Below are positions 39,215-49,559 of a DNA stretch of 64,000 bases, one piece after another. Numbering within the stretch: position 1 is the stretch's first letter; every line of letters begins with the position of its first letter. The DNA is from Eledone cirrhosa (Eukaryota). The DNA is taken from positions 38,378,001 through 38,442,000 of the forward strand of contig OZ024743.1 of assembly GCA_964016885.1 (NCBI GenBank). Direction: 5' to 3'. Position numbers and translations under genes: made by a program. The notes beneath the pieces are model-generated. The model had not been told where the DNA came from, ran no database searches, and saw only the letters and a list, made by a program, of their open reading frames with translations.

Positions 39215-41005
39215 TGTGTGTGCGTGTGTGCGTGTGTGTATGTGTGTAGGAAAATGATTCCGTTAGTAGGAGTAATTTTGAATGAACATATTTTCCTTAC
39301 GTATTCGTATTTGTCCTGTTGTATTGTCAGCGCAAACGTATGTTAAATTTTATTTAGTTGGGGTTTTTATTTTCTAAAGTAGAAAGTGTTATGTGTGTGT
39401 GTATGTGTCTGTTTGGATGGTTAGCATGTTATGGTGTTGAAATAATCTATATTAAACCATATTTAATGCTGGTCTATATTTTTGAATAAACATATTTTCC
39501 TTATTTATTCGTATTTGTTTTGTTGTATTTTCAGCGCAAAGGTAAAATGGGAAGACTTGGAATTTACTGGCACAAATGTCTAGATGTGCGCTTAGTGATA
39601 TCTGTTTCGTGGTTAGATCTCGTAATTGTTGGCGATGAACTGTCATTCTATTTCTGAGTGTGAGTTTAGTTTGTCCTATATAATCTTCATTGCATCCTTT
39701 ACATTTAATGGCATAAAGTAGATTTTTTGATGAGCAAGTGAAGTGATTTTTTACAGCAAAATGTTGTCCTGATTTAAATGTGTACGTGGTGCGTTCAATG
39801 AGGTGAGTGCAGGTTCAACAATTAGAGCGACCACATTTTTTGACAGTTGGTTGTGGGTTTGTGGTAGGTAGTTTGGCATTGGTGAGTAATGTTTTCAGTG
39901 ATTTAGGTTGTCTTTTGCTTTTGATTATTTTGTGTGTTTCAATGGCTTTTTTCATTCTTGGGTCTTGTTTCAGTAGTGGGATGTACTTGTGAATAATGTT
40001 GTAAGCTTCCGCATTTCTTGGGTTTTCTGTTGAGATATATGTCAGAATATTGGACGTACCTTGAATTTGTTTCTGTTTTCGTAACTCATCAATGCCTATT
40101 ACTTTAGCCCTTTCTATTCCATTATTTATTAGTAATGGCGGGTAATGTCTTTCGAGTAGAATTTTCGTTAATTCTTGAAGTCTTTTATTTCGCGTTTCAT
40201 AATTGGAGACAATTGTGCAAATTTTTCTTGCTAGGTTAAAAGGAATGTTCGTCTTCGTGTGTTTTGGATGGTTGGAGGTGAATAGCAGGTATTGGTTGGA
40301 ATCTGTTGGTTTGTAGTGTATGTCAGTTTCAATATTTGTGTCTTTTTCAAAGATTAAGATGTCCAGAAATGGGAGTTGATCTTGGCTGTATTTCATTGTG
40401 AATTGGATGTGGTTATTGATGTCGTTAACTAAATTTTTGAAATCATTCGGTTGGTCTAATGTGTGTGGCCAGAGAATGAGACAATCATCCAAGTAGCGTT
40501 TCCAATTCTCTGATAAATATTTGTAGAAGTTCAATCCGTATTTTGATTTGGACCGTTCATATATCTTGACTTCTAAGTATGCCCTGACTAAGTTGGAAAT
40601 TAGTCGGAGCGGCTTTTGTACCTGTCGCAGTCCCCGATATTTGCTTGTAAGTACTGCCATCGAAATCAAAAAAGTTGTTCTGTAAGATAAATTTTAATCC
40701 CTCGGTGATGAAGTTTTTTTCTATTCTGTCAGGTATCTCATTGGGATATTTTTCTAGCCAGAATCCTATTACTTGTAGTCCGTATTGCTGTGGGATCGTT
40801 GTGTAGAGATTCACTACATCGAAAGACACAATAATAGTATCGTTGCTGACATGTTAGGGGAGGTGGTTTAAGAGGTCCAGATCGTCTTTTACAAGGCTTG
40901 CTATGTGTTTGAAAATTGGTTTTAGTAGAATGTCTATAAAGTTGCTCAGTCTGTGTGTTTTACATTGTGGGCCCGCTACAATTGGTCTCAATTTAAGGTC
41001 TGCAG
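38356..41005 (-). mobile_element. Neptune-like PLE, copy 2 (5'-truncated; pseudo-LTR with a U3-A8 HHR-like motif at 38495-38530)
   Basis: SFDVVNLYTTIP, YKQISGTA.GTKAAP, WKRYLDDCLI, CGRSNC, YIGQT. HHR-like: CUU-UUGAAAA-G..AG AAGAA CUGC-GAAAC CG GUA-AAG. Confidence 0.92.
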
Positions 41006-41030
41006 GGAATTATATATATAAATATACATA

Positions 41031-41091
<61 letters not shown>

Positions 41092-41138
41092 GACGTAAAG
41101 TAAGAAAATTATAAAAATTAACTTACTTACTAAAATTT

Positions 41139-41221
41139 CACTCCAACTACTTAGTTTCCGAAAGGGAATAAACATGGTTCCGAAGGAACGCAGGAGAAAT
41201 CCTTTCGTCATCAGGGAAGTC
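41139..41221 (-). ncRNA. Type I hammerhead with extended stem II
   Basis: ACUUCC-CUGAUGA-CGAAAGG(~33 nt)CCUUUCG-GAAA CUA AG UAG UU-GGAGU. Confidence 0.7.
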
Positions 41222-41666
41222 TATTCTCAGATAAGTTCCCAGGCAATGCGTGGACACAGGGAACTTATACAAAAATAATTCAGTGGATGGAAAAAAGCAA
41301 AGCGTGGACTAAGTTCCAAGACATCGAAAAAATCACTGCCTACTTGGTCGGAGGCAAATTCAAAAGAATCAATCACGTGACATAGAAGTTAATCAGTGAG
41401 GAGTGGTGTGTTAAGAAGATAGCAGCCGAACCATTACTATGAACTATAGTAGCAGTTTGGCAAATTTTTGCTCAACAAAATAATTTGGAGATAATTATAA
41501 AGAATTAGTATATCTACCAACATATATATACAGAAGCATACCTATGCAACCAAATAAATAGGTTTTGTCTTAGTAAATTCGTGGTTCAATGCAAGGGGAT
41601 GCAGAACAATAATATGAAAGACGTAAAATAAGAAAATTTTAAAAATTAACTTGATTACTAAAATTT

Positions 41667-41751
41667 CACTCCAACTAATTAGTTTCTGAAAGGGAATAAA
41701 CAGTGTTACTGAGGGAGAACATGGAGAAATCCTTTCGTCATCAGGGAAGTC
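41667..41751 (-). ncRNA. Type I hammerhead, second tandem copy
   Basis: Same core, with a perfectly palindromic stem III ACUAAUUAGU. It lies 528 nt from the first copy. Confidence 0.65.
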
Positions 41752-42502
41752 TATTCTCAGCTAAGTTCCCAGCAATGCGTGGACACAGGGAACTTATACA
41801 AAAATAATTCAGTGGATGGAAAAAAGCAAAGCGTGGACTAAGTTCCAAGACATTAAAAAATCACTGCCTACTTGGTCGGTGGCAAATTCAAAAGAATCAA
41901 TCACGTGACATCGAAGTTAATCAGTGAGGAGTGGTGTGTTAAGAAGACAGCAGCCCAACCATTACTATGAACTATAGTAGCAGTTTTGGCAAATGTTTGC
42001 TCAACAAAAGCTATATATTTGGTAGCATAGGTATGCATATGTATATATATATGTTGGTAGATATACTAATTCTTTATAATTATATCCAAGTTAGTTTATT
42101 GAGCAAAAATTTGCCAAAACTGCAACTATAATTCATGGTAATGGTTCGGCTGCTGTCTTCTTAACACACCACTCCTCACTGATTAACCTCGATGTCACGC
42201 GATTGATTCTTTTGAATTTGCCACCGACCATGTTGGCAGTGATTTTTTCAATTTTGTATAAGTTCCCCGTGTCCACTCCATGCGTTCCTTCGGAAACCAG
42301 GTTCATTCCCTTTCAGAAACTAATTAGTTGGAGTGAAATTTTAGTAAGTAAGTTCATTTTTATAGTTTTCTTATTTTACATCTTTCATATTATTGTTCTG
42401 CATCCCCTTGCATTTAACCACAAAGTTACAAAGACAAAACCTATATATTTGCTAGCATAGGTATTCATCTGTATATATGTTGGTAGATATACTAAGTCTT
42501 TA

Positions 42503-42555
<53 letters not shown>

Positions 42556-42616
42556 GTATGTGTGTATATATATATGCGTAAATATGTGTATGAGTATATA
42601 TATATATATATATATG

Positions 42617-42659
<43 letters not shown>

Positions 42660-42756
42660 GTGTGTGTATATATATAAATATGTATGTGTATATATTTGTG
42701 TGTGTATATGTATATGTATGTATATGTATATATATATATCTATGTATTTGTATATA

Positions 42757-42847
<91 letters not shown>

Positions 42848-42937
42848 CTATATGGGTATATTTATGTATATATAGGTGTATATGTGTATATGTATATATA
42901 TATGTATATGTTTATAAATGTGTGTGTATATAGATAT

Positions 42938-42979
<42 letters not shown>

Positions 42980-43262
42980 GAATAGAATGAAATGAAATTT
43001 CATTTCTCACTCTTAGTTCGGCACTTACTTAAATGTAAGTATGTATGTATACGTACATACATATATGCATACAGACGTACAGTACCACGTATATATATAT
43101 ATATACATACATAGAGGCACACATATATATATGTACGTATCAGTTTAGCGAACATTTATTATAATGCTCGCTTTGTCCGTTTGTAAACAAGCGGACAACC
43201 TGATTTATGCCGTACGGTGTTAAGGCAACCACGTCACCTTTTTGTTCAACACTGACACAGGA

Positions 43263-43305
43263 ACGATGTGCTAGTTTCAAGCTTGTTAGCTATCGTCAGC
43301 ACCGG
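43263..43305 (-). ncRNA. Hammerhead copy with a mutated cleavage triplet (GCA)
   Basis: CGGUG-CUGACGA-UAGCUAACAAGCUU-GAAACUAG CA-CAUCG. Confidence 0.7.
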
Positions 43306-43541
43306 ATACCCTTCGGCCAGATGGTTGAACGTTCGAAACTATATACTTTACTTATGAAAATTAACGGCTGAGCAGCCTAATTTGCATATCAAGTGAGTTC
43401 AGTCGGCCAGGCGCACTGAAAACGATAAAATGGAATAGAATGAAATGAAATTTCATTTCCCACTCTTAGTACGGCACTTACTTAAATGTAAGTATGTATG
43501 TATACGTACATACATATATGCATACAGACGTACAGTAGCAC

Positions 43542-43610
<69 letters not shown>

Positions 43611-43852
43611 CAGGCACACACATATATATGTACGTATCAGTTTAGCGAACATTTACTATAATGCACGCTTTGTCCGTTTGTAAACAAACGGACAGCCTGA
43701 TTTACGCTGTACGGTGTTAAGGCAACCACGTCACCTTATCGGTGTGCCTGGCCGACTGAACTCACTCGATATGCAAATTAGGCTGCTCAGCCGTTAATTT
43801 TCATAAGGAAAGTATATAATTTGGAACGTTTAACCATCTGGCAGAAGGGTAT

Positions 43853-43895
43853 ACGGTGCTGACGATAGCTAACAAGCTTGAAACTAGTACATCGT
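43853..43895 (+). ncRNA. Minimal type I hammerhead ribozyme (predicted cleavage after 43889)
   Basis: ACGGUG-CUGACGA-U AGCU AACA AGCU U-GAAA CUAG UA-CAUCGU: 6-bp stem I, palindromic ACUAGU stem III, GUA triplet. Confidence 0.82.
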
Positions 43896-44048
43896 TCCTG
43901 TGTCAGTGTTGAACAAAAAGGTGACGTGGTTGCCTTAACACCGTACGGCATAAATCAGGCTGTCCGTTTGTTTACAAACGGACAAAGCGAACATTATAAT
44001 AAATGTTCGCTAATCTGATACATACATATATATATGTGTGCCTGTATG

Positions 44049-44103
<55 letters not shown>

Positions 44104-44339
44104 GTGCTACTCTACGTCTCTATGCATATATGTAGGTACGTATACATACATACTTATATTTAAGTAAGTGCCGTACAAAGAGTGAGAAGTGAAATTTCAT
44201 TTCATTCTATTCCATTTTATCGTTTTCGGTGCGCCTGGCCGACTGAACTCACTCGGTATGCAAATTAGGCTGGTCAGCCGTTAATTTTCATAAGGAAAGT
44301 ATATACTTTCGAACGTTCAACCATCTGGCAGAAGGGTAT

Positions 44340-44382
44340 ACGGTGCTGACGATAGCTAACAAGCTTGAAACTAGTACATCGT
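44340..44382 (+). ncRNA. Minimal type I hammerhead ribozyme (predicted cleavage after 44376)
   Basis: Identical to 43853-43895, 487 nt downstream. Confidence 0.82.
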
Positions 44383-44617
44383 TCCTGTGTCAGTGTTGAA
44401 CAAAAAGGTGACGTTGTTGCCTTAACACCGTACGGCATAAATCAGGCTGTCCGTTTGTTTATAAACGGACAAAGCGAGCATTATAATAAATGTTCACTAA
44501 ACTGATACGTACATATATATATGTGTGCCTGTATGTATGTATGTATACATATATATATATATATAGGTGCTACTGTACGTCTGTATGCATATATGTATGT
44601 ACGTATACATACATACT

Positions 44618-44671
<54 letters not shown>

Positions 44672-44676
<5 letters not shown>

Positions 44677-46712
44677 CTTTAGGTTTGTTGATTTACCACT
44701 GGATAGAATTCCGTATGGTCAATCTTGGTGTAATATTGTGGAGAATACTCAATGTAGTGCAGTTCACCCGTCTTCGTTTTTGTAGTTGGTGGTGCGAATA
44801 CGGAGTTAATTATCAATGACAATAACAGGAGGCTGGACTGGTGTAAATCCTTGAATGGTTTATTGTACTATGATCATTTCAATGACCGGATTCCATATGA
44901 ATCCGGTGATTTCATCAGGTATTCGAAATATAGCAAAGGAATATGTAAAAACCGTGGGTCCGAAAAATCTGAGACAAAGAGGACGACTGACCAACTAGCT
45001 GCCTTCACCTCGGCCATTCGCACTCAAAGTGATGGCTACTCGTTCTGCTAATGACCATCTGGTGAGGGGGCGAAGGCTTATAATGTACTACCATCTCTCC
45101 GTCAAAGAATATAAAAGGGGAAGAAAGAAAGAAAGAAGAAACAAAAGAAAGAAGTCAGCGTAAGGGTCACACTACAGTCAAGCTAGTAAATGCCGCGAAA
45201 AATGTTATTCTAAAGAATCTATATTTGAACAAAGGCATATATAATGGGTGTCTATATGGTCTAATGTGTGAACAGAAAATTGGAACGTTAAACTTATGTT
45301 ACGAGTTATAGTATGAAATCAAATAAAAAAAATAATAAATTGAAAATTGGAAAATAAATAAAATAATTTATTTAATGAACTTACAGAGAGAGTCTTATAT
45401 GAAAAAGTTACTCACGATAAGATATCAGCGTGGGATAATAGAGTACAGATTAAAGCCTTCAAGTGTAAATCCCAGCCAGCACCTCCTAACCACGTGTCAG
45501 CCAGTTTCGAGTGGTATCGTCCAGTGAAACAAATGGAAATTAAATTTTTCCGAGTACTCTAGGAATGTAGCTACCCTAGGCCCCGGGTGTGCTAGTGGGA
45601 AGTCTACAATTTCGACAGGCCATCGTCAATAGCAAACGAATACTATTAATTCACACAGGAGGGGTTTATTTACGTGACAATAGAGGCATGATACAGCTAA
45701 CAGTTATACCTAAGCCTAGAATGTATAGGAATAAGTATAATATGGCGGCCAACACAGGCGGCGCGGCGGGCCCTGGGCAAAGTTACCCGCTCCGAGTAAT
45801 TTCGTTTACCCAAAGAGGGGAAATTTATTTTTCCAAGCACTCAAGGAAGGCTGAACTTTCCGAGCGCCCATCGCGAAGCCGGGAAAATACACCACATCAA
45901 TCGAAGGTAGCAAACCAAATAAAGAGTGCAAATAGACTATAATTATTTTAAATTCCCAGTTAGTCCGGGTTATAATTAGTGTGGTTCTTTCGTGGGTAGG
46001 GGGCTATGAAAGGTGCATAATGACCTGAGTAAGGAAGGTTACATATAAATAAATGCAGGATACAAAGATAAAATACAAAGATAAAGAATACATTGATAAA
46101 AGTTCATTAATAAACTAATAAAAGTAAAAAGTAAAATACATAAATAAAACATCTTCATACATAGGGTAGTGTTGTAGTAAGACGGAAGTATATAAGAACA
46201 TATCGGAGGAATCAGAGCAAAGGGGAAATACAATATAGATCAAGTTATAGTAAGATAATACAGGTTGTACATATAGATAAAGAGGATGGAAGGGATGGAA
46301 TAGTAACAGATGGTACCTAGTGTAAAGTTCGGGTCTCCGAATTCAGTGTGAGTCACAAAAAAGTCCTGAGGTATAGAGTAGAGAATTCAGTCAATACAAT
46401 ATATGATTTAGTATAATATGTAAAATTTTGTCGGAATCCGAATATTCCCGACAGGGAAGCAGCATTGGGTAGGCGGTAGACAAAGCACAGAGCAGCCAAA
46501 ATCCGAAAGGTAAGCAGTTCAGTTAATTCCATGGTGGCGGTAGCTGTAGACTGAAGTCGTGCCGCTGTTCAATATTACATTTGGAAGTGCTCAACATTAT
46601 TGGAGCATTATTTCTTTAGGTTTGTTGGTTCACCACGGGATAGAATTCCGTATGGTTAATCTTGGTGTAATATTGTGGAGAGTACTCAACGTAGTGCAGT
46701 TAACCCGTCTTC
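44672..46712 (-). mobile_element. 1.94-kb RT-less element with ~100-bp terminal direct repeats and one hammerhead
   Basis: 44672-44775 is similar to 46610-46712. HHR at 44866-44921 followed by AATAAA, and the 3' end lies in (TA)n. Confidence 0.6.
44866..44921 (-). ncRNA. Type I hammerhead ribozyme
   Basis: UAC-CUGAUGA-AAU C ACCGGAUUC AUAUG GAAUCCGGU C AUU-GAAA UGAUCA UA-GUA, with palindromic stem III AUGAUCAU. Confidence 0.78.
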
Positions 46713-46938
46713 AAATGTGGACACTGTACACGACACATCTAACCTCATGGATAGAGAGAAATCTAATATACACGCTGCGCAGAATAGGGCGAATTCACGT
46801 GTTATTTGCATCAAATAACGGCTCTCATGGAATGGGGAAAGCCCTAGAGAGGGCAGCCCAACCATTCGAATTTATTAGCTCAACAATGTTGAGCTCAATG
46901 CATGAGGTTAGATGTGTCGTGTACAGTGTCTACATTTG
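46712..46938. repeat. About 227-bp segment bounded by 38-bp inverted repeats (MITE-like or fold-back)
   Basis: CAAATGTGGACACTGTACACGACACATCTAACCTCATG ... CATGAGGTTAGATGTGTCGTGTACAGTGTCTACATTTG. Confidence 0.75.
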
Positions 46939-47193
46939 CTGACTGAGGATCCTGTGAACTGTTATACTGCACATATCAGTGGTGAAAGGAAGCGAGATTC
47001 GTATCAGCAAACTTATAGTTATAAGGTTGGAAATTTAAAACTCTAATTCAGAGATTTGATTCTGACTTAGTTTTTTTCTATTTAATTGCTAAACCGTAGA
47101 TATTGTTCTCTATACAGTAACTGTAAAACTCACTTGTAATAATTCTTTACACACTTCTCAATGTGTAACACACTTCTCTTTGTGTAATATATA

Positions 47194-47240
<47 letters not shown>

Positions 47241-47682
47241 TTTTTATCTTTATTATTTCCACTTTTATCCTCCTTTATATTTTACCTTATTCTTACTTTT
47301 ATACCTTATTATAGTGTAATCTTCCCCATGCCTTATTATACACTATTAATTATAGATTATTATTATTACTCTTTTTCCATTTCTAATTACCTCATGTACT
47401 TTCTCCTCCGCTATATATATATATATATTGTATGCCCTTTGTGTTTGTGTAGCCTCTGCGCACCCTCTGCACCATACTATCGACGCCACCCCATCTATGG
47501 TTCAGGTAACCACCCGGCTCCCGGGAATGAATATGACCGCAGCTAGTAAACAAGGACCCACACCCCACCCTCCCGCACCAAAATTAGACTTATCGTCCCC
47601 TACTTTTGCTCTTTACTCTCTTTACTCTTTGTTCTTGAATGTTTGGTTGGTAGAGTCCATAACACCAATCAAACCACTTTTA

Positions 47683-47731
47683 TAGCTCTGACGAATCGTA
47701 CGGTTACGTAAGGAAGAAACATTGTAAGCCA
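47683..47731 (+). ncRNA. Partly decayed hammerhead in a pseudo-LTR-like fragment (47240-47776) between (TA)n tracts
   Basis: GCU-CUGACGA-..UACG GUUA CGUA..-GAAAC AUU GUA-AGC, then AATAAA. Confidence 0.5.
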
Positions 47732-48473
47732 ATAAAAAATGTTTGATGTTGTAGACGCTCTTGTGTTCTTTTTCATATATATATATATATATATATATAA
47801 TTAATACAATAACAGAGATAGTTTAAAGCTAATCTCTGACTGGTAACCATCTCACTCAACAAACATTAGGTTATATTTTAATATAAATCCAATTTAAGTG
47901 TTTGGGGTGCTAACAATATGTAATATGTGGAAAAGCCAGTTGTATTATTTTATGAGATATAATTAAAGTTAAAATATCTCTCTCTTTCCAAACAATTGTT
48001 TCATTATAAGTTTTCTACAAATTCGGAGAATATTTCCAGTTTATGTAGAAGCCTAATATACATTCATGTAAGAATATATTTAGGTGGGCGCTTATAAATC
48101 ATCAGTGGAAGCCCAATAAACTTTGATATAAGAAAAACATTTCTTACCACAGTTAAAAATCGTGTCCGTTAAGTTGCTCCTTCCCGCATCGAATGACCGG
48201 CAAATTTGAAATTCCAGCAGTTTTTGACTGAGGAAGTATTATAGCGTCACTAAGCGGGAAGGGGAGACAACTACAATCCACGAAAGGAGGAAAAAAAAAT
48301 AATATACACGCTGGTTAATCAGTTTTTTCAAAAACATTATCAATCCAACGTGTTAAGAACTCAATTGAAATTAAAAAAATAAATATATGCGTGTATAAAT
48401 TACACACGCATATAGATATATATTTTCTTAGGCTATAAACAGAGGTTGTACCTGAATAAGAAACCGCATATAT

Positions 48474-48533
<60 letters not shown>

Positions 48534-48610
48534 GTATGTATGTATATATATGTGTGTATGTGTATGTGTGTATATATATATATATGTATATGTATGTGTG
48601 TGTATATATG

Positions 48611-48718
<108 letters not shown>

Positions 48719-49103
48719 TCTCTGTTGACACCTGGAATATAGCATAAGAGAAATATGACAATAATGGCCTTTGTCACTCTAAGTAGAGCTTTAAAGAATT
48801 AGCTTCTAAAAGAATTCCCTTTTCTTTAAATCCATCCACCATGACCGACCCACAACCTCATAGACACCTGAAATATAGGTATTGTTAGCTTAAGAGAAAT
48901 TTTAAAATAAGGAGTGGCACCCAATTCTGAACCTGTTCACAGAATTCATTCTGCCTTTGTATAAATATAAACTATAGCCTTAAAGAATTAGCTTTTAATG
49001 AACTCCCTTTTCTTTCAACCAATGACCTCCACCCAACCCACTCCTCACCCTCTCCTACCACCTTAACAGATATTAATACCACTACATTTATATTTGGAAA
49101 GCC

Positions 49104-49154
49104 AGATTCCTGATGATTTCTAAAGAATGAAATAGTTCTAGTCCTGTAGAATCT
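49104..49154 (+). ncRNA. Type I hammerhead ribozyme (predicted cleavage after 49148) in a pseudo-LTR-like fragment ending at (TA)n at 49243
   Basis: AGAUUC-CUGAUGA-U UUC UAAA GAA U-GAAA UAG(8)CUG UA-GAAUCU. Confidence 0.72.
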
Positions 49155-49239
49155 CATCTATATTAAAACTGTTATACTCTGCTATGTATTGAGTACCTTA
49201 CTTACTGTCGTTACCTCCGATTCAACCCGGAATAACTTA

Positions 49240-49280
<41 letters not shown>

Positions 49281-49559
49281 CAAATTATTTCTACAGAACT
49301 AGAAAAGTTTAATCCATATGAAATAGTTGTTGTTCTATAAAAGTCACTTCTATCATAAAATAAATTTACTTATACCTTATTAACACATTGAGTACCATTT
49401 GTAATTGTGTTCAGCTCTCGATATACACCAGGAATCCACTAAGCATATTAGATCAACGTGAGCTATTGGACAGGGAGAACTAGTGGAAAAGGGCAATGTG
49501 TAAAATAGGCTCGTTAGGGTTGAATGAAAATAAGACATGTTAAAACTAGAAGATTATAG

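Larger units (their letters stand above)
41085..42503. mobile_element. Non-coding hammerhead-bearing tandem element (retrozyme/non-autonomous PLE-like), 528-bp unit
   Basis: Unit 41085-41612, partial repeat 41613-42010, then an inverted, internally deleted copy 42011-42503. (TA)n on both sides and no RT or endonuclease ORF. Confidence 0.8.
42975..44620. mobile_element. Non-coding hammerhead-bearing tandem element (retrozyme-like), unit about 452-487 bp, two head-to-head tandem arrays
   Basis: 42975-43426 is repeated at 43427-43736. The inverted array is 43740-44226 plus 44227-44620. Unit length varies with an internal (TA)n, and both outer ends are in (TA)n. Confidence 0.85.

Noticed and set aside
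41085-44620. CRISPR-like or simple satellite interpretation of the tandem units
   Set aside because: The context is eukaryotic, the units are 450-530 bp with no unique spacers, and each full unit carries a hammerhead.
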